Shown here in pieces: positions 36,830 to 50,579 of a stretch of DNA of 64,000 nt. The first letter of the stretch is position 1. Each line of letters begins with the position of its first letter. This stretch comes from Octopus sinensis (lineage: Eukaryota). Under the pieces are notes generated by a model. That model was not told the origin of the DNA and made no database searches. It saw nothing but the letters and a program-made list of their open reading frames with translations. Position numbers and translations under genes: made by a program. Location of the stretch: positions 199,702,001 through 199,766,000 of the forward strand of contig NC_042997.1 in the NCBI RefSeq assembly GCF_006345805.1, read 5' to 3'.

Positions 36830-37356
36830 TATCATCATCATCGTTTAACGTCTGCTTTCCATGCTGGCTTGGGTTGGACGATTTTGACTGAGGGCTGGTG
36901 AACCAGATGGCTGCACTAGGCTCCAATCTTGATCTGGCAGAGTTTCTACAGCTGGATGACCTTCCTAACGCCAACCACTCCAAGAGTGTAGTGGATGCTT
37001 TTTACATGCCAGTCAGGTAGTATTGGCAATGACCTTGCTCGAATCTTTTTACACATGCCACCGGCACAGGTGCCAGTAAGGCGACATTGGTAATGATCAC
37101 GCTTGAATCATGCCCTTTTACGTGCCACGGCATGGGGGCCAGTCAGGCGGTACTGACAATGACCTCGCTCGAATCTTTTTACACATGCCACCGGCACAGA
37201 AGCCAGTTGGCTGCTCTGGCAACGATCACGCTCAGATGGTGCTCTTGGCACCCTACAAGCATGGGCACAAGTGCCAGTAAGGCAATGCTGGTAACGATCA
37301 CACTCTAATGATGCCCTTTTATGTGCTACTGGCACGGAAGCCAGTTAGCCGCTCTG
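36830..37356 (-). mobile_element. RTE 3'-tail copy with ~6 repeat units
   Basis: Repeated TTTTAC(A/G)...TGCCACCGGCAC units. Confidence 0.85.
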
Positions 37357-37924
37357 TCAAACTTTCTTTGAGTATATTTGCCACTTTAAACTATCTTTAC
37401 CAGTTAAAATCCTATATTTCTAAATCAAAAGCAATCCAAATAAACATGGCCACTTTCTTCCCTCCAAATCCAATCTTTATTTGTTAATCTTTAAATAAAG
37501 CAAAACATTTCACATCTTCATACCCCTACAGTATCCATTGTATCCATAACTCTCTAAAATTTCAAGCTAGCTGACTGGTCGCAACTCCAATGCTGGTTAA
37601 CTCTGGCAGCAAATGTATTTTTGAATCCCTGACATATCCAAACAGCTCAGTAGGTTACCATATATATGTCTCTCAATCTTCACAGACGCAATGCTTTCAG
37701 CCTCCAACATTCCTAATGGTTCTATTATGTAATAGAACAAGCAAAAGATACAGTCTATAATAGTTCTGGAGGATGAACTGCCACTACCTGGGAAGCATTT
37801 CAAACTTCTTCCTTAAAAGAATTAGGGATTAAAAAAATTATTTCTAAAACAAAATTACTCTACATAATTAGTTATGAATAAATTGAAAATTCTCGAAAAA
37901 AATAGTCATTCATGCAAAGATATA

Positions 37925-38265
37925 AGAAGGCACATGGCTCCATAGTTAGAGTGTTGGGCTCACAATCATAAGGTAGTGAGTTCAATTCTCGGACCAGGTT
38001 GTGTGTTGTGTTTTTAAGCAAGACACTTTATTTCACTTTGCTCCAATTCACTCAGCTGTAGAGATAAATGAGTAGCGACATCACTGGTGCCAAGCTGTAT
38101 CGGCCCCTTTGCCTTTCCCTTGGATAACATCAGTGGTATGGAGAGGGGAGGCTGGCATGCACAGGCAAGTGCTATTCTTCCATAAAACAACTTTGCCTGG
38201 ACTCACGCCTTGGAGGAGAACTTTCTTGGTGCAATCACATGGTCATTCATGACCGAAGGGAATCT
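37925..38265 (+). mobile_element. tRNA-derived SINE (type 3), full length
   Basis: A/B-box-like head, GCAAGACACTTTATTTCAC core; matches the reverse copy at 7825-8131. Confidence 0.85.
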
Positions 38266-40394
38266 ATATAAGAAAAAGGGCTCAATATTTACAGCCTTTT
38301 AAAAATGGCAAAATTTTAATTGATTTGTTGAATAAATAATTGTCACTGCAAATGACAATAATTACAAATATTTATTACTCCAGACATGTAGCACTGACAC
38401 AACAAATGGCAGGTGACATTTAATGACTTTCACAAGCATTCAGACACTCTTCAGTCTGAAAACTATGAGTTATGTTTGCTTTCTCTCATTTCCTTCCCTA
38501 TTCTTAGAATCCCTGTGCATGTGAGTGTGTCTATGTTCGTGTCGACTTGTCTTGACATCGCTGTACATTAGTGTAATTCAAATACAAACAATGTCCTTCA
38601 TTTCTAATATTCTGTGAGTAGATGTCTGGCATGGGGAAATTTTATTTTGCTAGGAAACAGGTAGGTGATGGAAAGAGCATCCAGCCATAATAAAATCTGC
38701 TTCAATAAACTCCACATAAGCATAGAAAAGTGGACACTGAAATTCTGATAATGATGATATACTTCGTATTTTAAGTCATAAAAACAGAAATGATTTTTCA
38801 CTTGCAGAATATGTTAGAATTTTGTCTAACAGCCAAATCCAGATCTATCTATAGAAATAATCACTGAATCTAAGAGCAACCTAACAACATATTTAATTCA
38901 ATTAATTCAATGACAAATAGTAATTGTTAATGAAATCAGAAGTAAGATATTACAACATACTGATATTTTTATTCTTACAGCATGAATTTTCTGTTATATA
39001 ATAAATAGAGATTTGTTCATTGCAGACATTGAAAAAATTTGAAACTTAGTCACACGGTGCTGAGTTGCAATAATTCAAATGAAAACAGAAATTTGTAGGA
39101 TATAAATTTATGCTATAAATTTCTGCAACAGTCACTGCAATTTATGCGGTGGCTTCTAACTCCATGCTTTTTTACCGTTATATCAAAAAATTTATTTTTG
39201 TCAGCCTTAAAAAATTTAGAGATTAACTACTCTACCTTTGAAAATTATTGTGCAACAAAATTAAATGTTTTGAAAATTAGTTTAGAACTGCCATAAAATT
39301 TACACACAGTGATTGTTTTCTCTCAGTATTAATCAGAACATAGAATTTATCACTCAAAATGGACAAGATGTTAAAGGCTATTTTCATTACTGAAACAGAA
39401 GTTAAACTTGCTTTATCAAGGAAATAGACATTAGGATGCTTATTGTCATGTGGTGAAAGTTCATACCCTTCCCCAAGCCTCTGAAAGTAATTTGTAAATC
39501 TTTTACAGGTATCCGGCCTCGTCAGCTCTTGCGAAACTGACCTATACCAGAATGGAGAGCAAACGTTAAATAATGATGAAGATGATGATGATGAAGTCAT
39601 TAAGTATGAACTTAAAGAGCCTCTAACCACAGACAAATTGACAGAAAACAACAGAGCGACAATATGCAAAAACAAAAATAAATGTATAAATAGATAAATA
39701 AAAATATAAAGCAGAGACCAAAACTCATGTTGAATAGCAATTGAAATAAATCATTTCTGGCTCAAGAAAAGCATGATTATATGAGTTTAAATAGGGATTA
39801 AATGCTATACAGTAAAGTGGATTAGTTTTTAACATGAAGTTTCAAATGTTTAAAGCTGATCAAGAATTTGACAAAACATAAAAGTAGAAGTAATAGTTTG
39901 TTTCTAATATGTCTGAACAGCAACTGTGATGTGACTCAGTGCTGAAATGATGAATGTAAAATATGTTTAAAAACAAGAATATGGATAAATGTATTAGCCT
40001 TGGAATTTTGTTTGTTGAGAGGAAATAATTAAATAAAATATTAAGAAGTAGTGTGACAAAATAAATAAGAAATAATTTAGAGAAATATTAATTATTATAA
40101 TCCACATTAAACTAAGGGAATAAATATTTTAAGTTTTAAAAACTATATTGAAAGAATAGCAATTAAATATATGCAATATTTTGTGGACCAATAAGTGCTT
40201 ATGCTGTTAAATTTTGCTGATTTCATGATAGAGACTGCTTTTAAATATCAAATAGTTTTAAATATCTAACAGTTTAAATATCAAATTATTTTGTTATAAA
40301 TAAAATCATAATAATGTGTTTTATGCTTGCATGCATGTAGGTGTGTAGCAGCTAAAGAAAAAAGGTTGATTTCATTAGTTGAGACATCATATCT

Positions 40395-40720
40395 GAAGAA
40401 ATATATAATAATGTTCATCTGTCATTGTCAAAGGTGACCAGGGTATCACATGGAAGAAGATGGGTATGTGCCCAAATGTGGTTGTTCAGGCCAATATGTT
40501 CTTTGAAGGTTCTGCCACAGGTCAGGCACTGGTAGTCTACTGGGAATGAAGGCAAGAAGTTGGCTCTAGACTAGTGCAACTCTTGTTTTCTTTGTGATCC
40601 TGCGATCTTATTCTGTTCATAGGTGAAACCTCTGTTGGTGCACCTGTGTTAGGCAGGGTGGTCTAGTACTTGCATTTCCCATGTGTCAAGGTTGATCTGA
40701 AAGCACTACTTCCATCATTT
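40395..40720 (-). mobile_element. 3' end of a further RTE-like LINE with terminal C2H2 finger
   Basis: YQCLTCGRTFKEHIGLNNHIWAH (C-x2-C-x12-H-x3-H), preceded by INLDTWE. Confidence 0.7.
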
Positions 40721-40859
40721 CACAATATATTTAAATGGAAACATTTTAAAAGTCTTACTATAATAATATTTATTCATATATAATATGCAGTCATGTATAG
40801 TATGCCCCACAAATTATGAAATCTTGGAAAAATATTGGAAGCATCTGTTAGTCTCATAA

Positions 40860-42090
40860 GACCTTGGATCTGTACATAGGAAACCTTGTTTTGGTTTTGT
40901 TGGCTGAACAACATTCGCTGTAACTATTGAGACCCATATGGCAATCCTGACAGCAGATTCTACAATTGAAGGCACCGTTTGCAAGTCTTGTCTTGGTGCT
41001 CTATTTTCTTCAGATATGCTTTTCTTCAACAGCAATCATCAGCATCTCCTCTTATCTGTTTAAGGCCTAGGTTAATTCCTGTCTTGAATGGGGACTATCA
41101 TTTGCAATGTTCCCTCACTTTTCAACATTTAGGTAAAAACATTCCATGTCACTCTTGCAAACAACTTTGAAATGAAATCACTCCTGTGTTCATCTGCCAG
41201 AGATCAATTTGCCATTTTGTGACCCTCCTATCTGACATGCAGTGTACATGGCTCAGCCAATAAAGGAATCATTGTTGTAGTAAGATGAGAAGGCTGAGTA
41301 TCAGTACATGAGCCAGAGCCTTATTGTTGGTGAATTAGTCAATCATAATAAGTTGTACATGATAATTACGTTAGTAATGAGCATGTGATACAAATGAACA
41401 ATGATGTCAATATGCCACAAAGCAATATACATGTTCATAACCCATGTAATGCTGCATAGGTGGAAAGCCTTGAGATGGCGTTCCTGTCTGGAACAGATGT
41501 TCCAGGTCTCATGGCCAGAGGTGGATACTGAGGACACAAGCTCTGTAGACAACAACTTGATGTGAACTTACTGTTTTCTCCTTGTCATTCCAGCTACTGT
41601 TCCAGAATATCTTCACCTCAGACTCTATGGAAAGGTCATTCATAATAGTGGAGCCAAGGTATGCAAACTCTTGGACTGCCCCTTACTCAAATTTCATAAT
41701 GGTCGGAGAATGTTCAGTACCTTAACCCCAGCACTTTTGTCTTCTTCAGACTGAGGGTAAAGCTGAAATACTTGAGAGGCTCTTGTGAGGCTGTTCATGA
41801 GTCATTGCAGTTGCTCCTCCAAATGTGTTGCGAGTACTGCAACATGTGCAAACAGCATTTTTTTCAGTACTATGTATACTGTGGCTTTTGCCTTCAGTTG
41901 AGACAGACTAAACAGTTTGCTATTTGAGCTTGTGTGGAGATAAACACCTTTAGTTGATGTTCCAAAGGCATGCTTTCGTATGACAATAAAGAAGGTACCA
42001 GAAAGGTTGGGGGCAAGCATGCAGTATTCACTGCAAATACTGAAGGACTCTGATGAAGAGCCATTGAATGAAACCGTTCATGTCTTTGTA
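40860..42090 (-). mobile_element. Degenerate BovB/RTE-1-like LINE 3' portion
   Basis: TVSFNGSSSESFSI..MLAPNLSGTFF..HAFGTSTKGVYLHT...KLFSLSQLKAK..MLFAHVA..THLEEQLQ; HETWNICSRQERHLKAFH. Many stops and frameshifts. Confidence 0.8.
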
Positions 42091-45000
42091 GAATGACTGG
42101 ACAATCCTGAGAAGGATTGCTGAACTGCTGTTTAGCCCCAGGCTAGACATGATTGAACAAACCCACAACCAGGGGTGTTCCGGCTGTGACCATCTAGTCT
42201 ATTACTGTATATCTCATATATACATGTGTATCTGTGTGGTGGGGTAAGGAGTTTGTTTTCTGGTTTCAGGGTAAGATGCATTTCATGGTATCTTGGACCA
42301 GTGTCGTCTACTATAGTTCCAGGCCAAACAGCCTTTAGTAGATTTGGTACACAAGATCACCTCTTCCAATGTCCCGTCCCCTTTCAAAAGAGTTTTTTTT
42401 TTGTCCTGCAAGGTACATGGTGACTGTCAGTGCTGGCACCACTTAAAAGCACCCAGTCCACACCGTGAAGTGGTTGGCATTTGGAAGGGCATCCAGCCGT
42501 ACTAATTCTGCTAAAACATTTACAGAAGACTGGTGCAGGCATCTGCCTGGCTGGCTCTTGTCAAACTGTCCCATTCATGGTGGCATGGAAGGTGGACATT
42601 AAACAACAGTGATGATGATAAATTGAATCGAGCCCACTGTGTGCGTGTGTGTATGTGTGTGTCTCTTGACATAATATGGTAGTTGTAATTAAGTGTCATT
42701 GTCATGCAAGCAATGTTACAAATTTTCAATATTCTGTGAAAACTTGTCTTCCTTGCTAGGAAACAGGTGAAGTTTGGTGAGAGGAAAGGCACCAAGCCAT
42801 AGAAAATTTACCTCAATGAACCCTGTCCGATACATGCAAGCATGGCAAAGTGGATGTTAAAATGATAATGATGATCTCACATACACATATTGACCTTCAC
42901 TCAGAATCAAGGATATCTTGACAGCTTGGACCATGTTTATGCTAACTGTTCAAGAGTACTAGGTAGCTGTAAGCAGACACAGATACACACTCCACACTAT
43001 CATCCATGACCCAACAAAACATCCAGAATGAGACAGATGGATAGAGAGAGGGCTACACCAACACTTGATTGTACTAACTTCAGCTGACAACTTGAAACAA
43101 AGTGTCTTGCTCAGGAACACAATGCACCACTTGGTCCACTAATCAAACCCAAAAGGGACTGAGATTACTCACATGTTTTACAATCTCTTCATTTCAAACA
43201 TTGCAGCAAGAAATTCTGTTCATTGAATTTATAACTCTTCCATTGCTGTAACATCATTTGCGTCAAAGATAACTAATATAACCCTATTCAGTTAAACATA
43301 CAATCATTTTTGTGAAAATGCAGATGATAATTAATGGTAAAATCATACACACAAATGACTCGAAAGAAATAAATAGGTAAATATTCAATCAAATTTTGGA
43401 GAAATGTTTCACAAAAATAATTTAATGATAAAACTTTTATTAAACAATAAAATTATTTATGTTGTCTTAAATGTTCTGTTTTTCTTTTAATATTGAGCAG
43501 AGATTTAAACATCATAAAATAGTGATTTTTACTTTTAGGAAATTGCTTGTAGCCTATACATTTTACATAATAAATTTTGTATTTAATTGCCAATTTTCTT
43601 CAATAAGCTATATTCCAGAATAATACTGCAATAAATGAAATGGAACAAAGCAATTCAAAAGTTTTAGTGACATACTATATTACAATATTTGACTTTAATG
43701 ATGTAATGGAAATTAATTTTATCTAAATTATAGAAATAAAACTGTTATAAATCTTTGCATATTCATTTTCATTATCACTTTAAAATGAGTTCTCATAATA
43801 TAGAGTAACACTAAAACAGCTGCCATCAAAAAGATCTGCATTGATCATTAGCATCCCTGTATATCCTCAGCAAGACTGAAGAGTCTACTCTGCCCTGTGT
43901 TACCTGCATTCATTCTAAAACCACATGACAGAATGTTAAAAGAGCTAGTTGTCAGCCAGGGACTAGTATAGCTTGGTAACTTAAAACAAGCTTTCGCAAA
44001 TTGTTTTAAATGTCTGTATAGTCCCAAGCAGGCATAAATAACCTCTCGACTCTTCCACCTTTGACTCAACAGTGCATCTAGGATGTGAAAAGTGAAGGGG
44101 AAAAAGTTGTGCCAGTACTAAGCTGGTACTCATTTTCAATTGAATGGACTAGAGCAATGTGAAATGAAGGAATTGAACACATGATATTATGACAATGCAC
44201 CAAATACATTAATCACAAGGCCGTGTGCTTTCGCTGGATATGTACTAGATGCATATCATCATAGCGTTAGCTCTGAAGAGGTTACTTCTCTACCTTACAC
44301 CGTCTCAGTTGTCTTACTACAGTAAGGTAAAAGATAGGATAATGAAACAAAACCATGGTGAAGGTGAGGTAGAAAGGAGAGTAACAGAAGAGAACCAGAA
44401 TGATAAGAGTGACAGAGGAGTAAATAAAGGAAGAGAGTGACAGACAACAACATGAGAATAGAATAGAAACAGCATGAGCAGTGTGATAGAAGAGTGATAA
44501 ACTAGAGATAGAATAATAGGATGGAGAGTATTTTGAAGTGAGAGAGAGAGAAAGAGAGAGATGGATGTCAACAATGAACAATAAAAGGAAGGAGTAGAAT
44601 GAGAGAATAATGGCTATCAATAAAGATGGGTGATAGTAAGAGAGTGGGAGTGACTGATCTCAATAAAGAAGAGCGAATTCTTTAATTATCAGAGATTTTA
44701 GATAAGTAGTTTGGCAATTTATAGTCAATGAAGTACTGTAAATTAGAACATTTTGCCATTCTCTTTATTATTATTTAACACTTTTGTGACCATATTCCTA
44801 ACAAAAACAAACTACCCATATTTTCCTATTAATTCTCCAAATAATAACAATGGCTTTCTTTTTCATTGATTTCTTAGGGTTATTGAGCGGGTAATTGGAA
44901 TATAAGTTAAAACAAATTTGCTACATAAAACTATCATAAAACGATTGCTTCCTATATATTTTTTTTTAAATTTTAGTTTGGTCTGAAGAAAGAGACTGCC

Positions 45001-45213
45001 TAGGACCTCTACAGGTTGATCATGATGAAAAAAAGGGAGATGAGTGAGTTTGTAAATGCCTGAGGGAAGAAGGTACAAGAGCATTCAACTCAAGACAACA
45101 GATGTCACTCTCATAGTTGACTGTCTGACAGCAATTCCGTGGCCCACAACTGAAGTGTGTTGGTGAGCAACTTCATGCCAATAGAGTGGGGCTTTATTTG
45201 GAATGGTCTACGA

Positions 45214-45480
45214 CATGGTTCCCAAGTGGGCAGTAGAAGATCCAGGGGGACGTTGAAGAAAAATGGGGTGATAATGGAGTGACCAAAAAGGGACAGTGGA
45301 TGTAAAAAAAATACAAACAAACAAAATAAAGGGTTAATTAGGTTAAGTTTTATTTGTGTAATACTGCTATTTTGAATTTGCTGCAGAAAATGGTCTATGT
45401 CTGTGATGATGGGTGGGGGCACTGGGAATGTGTCCTTAGAACCAAGGGAGTGGCAGTCCGAAAAAGTATGGGAACCACTG
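45214..45480. mobile_element. hAT-type MITE
   Basis: Ends CATGGTTCCCAA / ATGGGAACCACTG; 8-bp TSD GTCTACGA / GTCTAGGA. Confidence 0.75.
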
Positions 45481-46049
45481 GTCTAGGAGGTCTGGATGTT
45501 TAGTAGTATCACAAAGGAGTTGAAATATTTTCAAACACCAAAGTGAGGGTTAGACTTTATGATAAATTTTAGCCATGTTGTGTGGATGTGCATTCAACAG
45601 GAAAGATCATCAGTGATTTTGAGGATCAGCACTGGTTGTGAACTTTCTGATTTCTTTAAAAACTACCTGTTTTGTATTGTAAGGGCCCTTTTTTTTTTGC
45701 TGAATGAAATATTACTCAGAGTTTTAGCTTCTGTAGTTTCAGTTTTTAATGCGAAGTTCATTAATTGTGAAATGTACAAATTCTATATATAATGTGTAAT
45801 GCAATTACATCTGTGTAATGCAATTAAAAATAGAATAGTTTTTTACATGCTATATTAAGATGATATCAGAAAGATGGAAAAATGAAAGAACAATTAATCT
45901 AGAAGGGATCTGAACCCAGAAAGCACAAGTATTTATTTCAGCAAACATCCTACCTTGTCCATCTGAACATTACTGAAAATATTTCTTTACATATTAGAAT
46001 TTAAATATATGTTGAGAAGCTCCTCTATGAAACAAATCAATAGTTTTAA

Positions 46050-46084
<35 letters not shown>

Positions 46085-47881
46085 AATTACCATAATGGAA
46101 TATAGAACAGTGACTCAATTTGCTAGAAAAAGCTGACAAATCTCTCTTGAATAACATTCTACAGTCTTAAAAAAGAAAGGATACATCAAACAGTTAGGTG
46201 CCTGGTATATAGAAAAATGGAACAGTCATGGTTGGAACATGTTAGACTGTAGATCTGCTCAATCAAGACTGATTTGGGGCAACAAACAACAACATGCAAT
46301 ACAATTATTGACAAATGTTTATATTTTTAACATTCCTTATTTAAATTTGTAAATTTGGCATATCTTAAGTATTGCCAGTTTTCAAAGGATTAAAATAGAT
46401 TTACTATTTTGGGCCAAAATGAAGTAAATCTTTTCATACAGAGAAAAAAAATCAATAATCAAATACATAAAATAATTTTAAGTCTAGCAACAAAAACAAT
46501 CAAAGAACTATTGACCCATTAAATGATTAACATGAAAGCAAAATGGCAGTAAGTACTTGACATGAATAAATGCAAAGAATGTTGTAACATTTGCAAAGAA
46601 AAGCAGTTAATAAAAGAAATATGACCAGTGCTAAATTTAAGTTGCCTCATCAGCCAATGAAATTATTTTTGGGTATATTTGTGATATTAATATCAGGTTT
46701 CAATCAATAAATTTATTGATAAGATTTCAGGTACTACATAATGTATTTATACATTTAATACCAGTTTGCCTGCAACTACAGCTAGTTATATGTTATAAAA
46801 CTTCTTATTCTAAAACACAACCTTTCCGTGAAATTTTATCTAAGAACAACTCCATAGGTCATATTCCCACACCAAGTTTAATAATGGAAAAGTTAGCTAC
46901 TTTACTAAATTTCTATAAATTCTAAGTTATTTTCAAAATCAATTGAAATACATAATAAATTTCATCAGCAGAAATATGGTCATGAGAGATTTGCAATACA
47001 TCTTAGTGAGCAATAAGAAGGTAAAAACACTGTTCTTAGACTCAGTATTTAGTTTCATACCTCTTAATTCAAATTCAATTTTTTTTGTACCACATTAAAT
47101 AAGTAACTGACATCACAGATAGCATCTAATTCAGTTTCAAATCTCACTGAAGTCAGCTTTGCTTCTAGCTTCACTGTCACCAACATACTGGCAATATATT
47201 AGCAGCATATACAACTTCTGAATTAAGGCCTTGTGGAGAAAATAAAAACTAATCAGTTAATTAATAATTCAAGTAGCAAGAAAAAGAAAACTCTTATTAA
47301 TGTCAATTTAATCTGAACTTGGCAACCAGGGGTGATGACTACAGACATTTTTCAGTCCTATTAGGCTTCCTCAACAAAGCATAACTTTCTCTGTTGTTGC
47401 CAAATTAGTGATAATCACTATTTTGATGTACAATGCACATGAATAGATGTCAAGAACTGTCGTAACTGAGAAAATTTTTAGTTTTATGATGCTTCTATCT
47501 TTTATTTATTTCAGTCATTGGACTGTAGCCATGCTGGAGCACTTGTGGCCATGCCAGGGCACCATCACCATGCCAGAGTACAAATCCACTCCCATCCTTC
47601 ACCTAGAAATGGTAATCAAATCTCTGCCAAATCATACTAACATATTGAGTAATGTAATCTGAGATAAATGATATCTGATGTGATGTGATGGACATGACTA
47701 GAGTACCTTTTAGTTTGGTAAGCATGATCAGGAATGATCTGGATTTAAATAGAAACACTACTCACAAATAGTGTAACAAGTCAAAATCAGCCAAGTTCAT
47801 CATTGTCCAAGCTACACCCATGATAAGATTTGAACTCTGTAATTCAAGGTAATGAAACTTGTCAAACGGCAATCTACTTAA

Positions 47882-48103
47882 CCCTTTCGTTACTGTATTT
47901 ATTTTGAGATGCTCTGTTTTTCTTCCAATTAATTTTAAATATAACAAAGAATTTAGTAAAATAACTTAGTTATCATGAAGCTAGTGTTAGGAGCATTAAT
48001 TGTGACTAAGGTTCAGTGGAAGATTTTAATTCAAAACTTATGAAAACAAATCATCTGTACTACAGAGCCAGAGCTGGTTTCAGCCAGGTTGGTAAAGAAA
48101 GGG
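47882..48103. mobile_element. piggyBac-type MITE
   Basis: TTAA TSD; CCCTTTCGTTAC / GTAAAGAAAGGG termini. A decayed relative lies near 56668-56862. Confidence 0.8.
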
Positions 48104-49416
48104 TTAATGTAATTATTTGTGGTTAAGAGCCGACAACACTTGAGCATCTTTAACCAAAAACTAGTTGTGTATCCCTGGCTGTTGATGGTGGTTCTGTATG
48201 CTTATTATGCATCAACCACTGCTCTATGCTTCTTACTGAAATCCAGTATCTCAATATAATATGATCTTATGGATATATTTTCTTAGTTAATATCAACATA
48301 AGGATGGACAGATAATTTTACATCATAATTCAAAAGGATTTCACTCTATATATTAAGTTTCATATAACAGATAATGTTTGTTTGGAAAGATCAATAAAAG
48401 ATATATGTTCAATGTACATTATTGCCAATGGCAGTTATGTGTCAAGTTTCACCAACAGATTATGCTCAACTAACTGTAAACAGCTGTTCCTACTCTATTT
48501 CCTGGTTGGAAATCAGAATTTTTTCCTTACTACGTCCTGATAAAAGGTCAGTATTTACAGTTAATAAAGATATTATTTGAAAGTGCTAATCTTCCAATGA
48601 TTTCACCTGAAATACTAAATATGCCACATCTCCCCCAAATCTCTGCATTGAATTCTATTACATTAAATCAGTTTCTGGAGGCTCTTCAAATAAATTTTCA
48701 TAGCAAACTGCATAAGTTTATCACCTGTTTCTCCTAGTACTCTACGCATAACATTAGACCAAAAATGCTCACATCAGCTACTTTCATCATTATCATTTAA
48801 TGTGTGGTTTCAATACTAGCATAGGTTGGATGGCTTGACAGGATCTAAAGAGCTGGAAGATTAAGCCATACTCTAATGTCTACTTTGGCATGATTTCTAT
48901 GGCCGGATGCCCTTCCAGATGCAAACCAATTTACAGAGTGTGCTGGGTAGGAATTTTTTCTATCCAGTCATCAGTGCTAACATGAATCATCTTGTAATTT
49001 GCTACACTAAATGTCTAAAGTGGGTCTTACAACTTAGGTAGAATAAAAGAGTGTTCAATGATGCATGGGGAGGGATAAGAGGGAAAATGGGAAAGTAAGG
49101 GAGATGATGGGGGGTATGATAGAATATAAGACGGAACAAGGAAGAGGGAAGGGATTAGTGCCAGAGGTTATTAAAAAAAAAAGACCGGCAGAGTTGGAAG
49201 GTGATATGGGGTGGTCGTGCAAGGAGAAGGTCTTGGATGATCCAATATTATAAAGTAGTGAGCATGGACCAATGTAAGGGAAAGGGAACAGGAAGGAAAC
49301 AATAGACTGGAGTGGATGCACTTCATAATTTACACAACTAACAATGTCATCATCATTTTGTGTTTACTTTCCCATGCTGACACAGGCTGATTGTGTCATC
49401 ATCATTTTGTGCTCAC

Positions 49417-49741
49417 TTACTGGCACTTGTGCCAGTGACATGTAAAGAACATTCGAGCGAGATCATTGCCAGTGCCGCTGGACTGGCTCTTGTGCAGGTG
49501 GCACATAAAAAACACCACTTGAGTATGGCTGTTGCCAGTACTGCCTGACTGGCCCTCGTGCCAGTGACACATAAAAGCACCCACTACACTCTCGGAGTGG
49601 TCAGTATTAGGAAGGGCATCCAACTGTAGAAACTCTGCCAGATCAGATTGGAGCCTGGTGCAGCCGTTTGGTTCACCAGTCCTCAGTCAAATCGTCCAAC
49701 CCATGCTAGCATGGATAGCAGACGTTAAACGATGATGATGA
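49417..49741 (+). mobile_element. RTE 3'-tail copy with 3 repeat units
   Basis: Terminal match plus (GAT)n. Confidence 0.9.
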
Positions 49742-50207
49742 TTTTCCATGCTGATTGTGTCATCTTTATCTAAATCTATTCTTATGTTGAGTCACTGCCC
49801 TCCTAGGCAGGAATTACATCTTGCTTGTATGTTCCATTTTTCTGCACAGTTTCTATGGCTAAATCACCTTCTTAATACCAACCACAAATGCATTCAGCAT
49901 ACCATAATGCCCTCTGCGTGCATGTAATCATGGCTTGCACAAGAGGGGTTGTTTTAGTCTCTGGCAAGACTTAAGATTCTCTAATGTCTGCTCATCCAAG
50001 AAAACATGACACTGAGAAAGAGAGACACTAGAAGGGGAAAACCAGAGTAATAAAAGTGAGCATATGATAGAAGAAAGGATAGCAACACGTTGGTTGTTAG
50101 TAAAGAAGATTGAACAGATAACAATATCAGTGGTGTAATGTGGAAAAGAGAGTGATAGGATGTGACAGGGGAACACTGAAGGAGGGTTCCCTCGGCAACA
50201 AATGGAT

Positions 50208-50242
<35 letters not shown>

Positions 50243-50298
50243 CGAGCGAACAAGATCAACATCAATAATGAGTGACAAGGGATGGAGTAATCAGATAG

Positions 50299-50341
<43 letters not shown>

Positions 50342-50579
50342 AGAGTAGCAATAAAGGTGAGAGTGATTGTATACAGGCAGGTCCTAGATTATCCTTTGTT
50401 ACATGGGTGGCATAACAAGAGAGAGAGAGTAATAGTAAGGAAGCACGTAAATAGAAATGAAGGTGGGTGCTGGATGAAAAAGTAATTGAATGGAGAGCTG
50501 CAGATAGAGATTTAGTCTGAACAGAATGCTGAACAAAATGGAAGACACTCAAATGTAATAACCAAACATCCCAACTTCC

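Noticed and set aside
42050-42085. CTGATGAAGAGCC...GAAACC hammerhead-like string
   Set aside because: No stem II; it is the reverse complement of RT coding sequence (TVSFNGSSSESF).
44230-50550. Purine-rich tracts (44330-44690, 49040-49320, 49990-50550) giving Leu/Ser/Phe-rich minus ORFs
   Set aside because: Low-complexity GA sequence, probably decayed LINE UTR or microsatellite, not coding.
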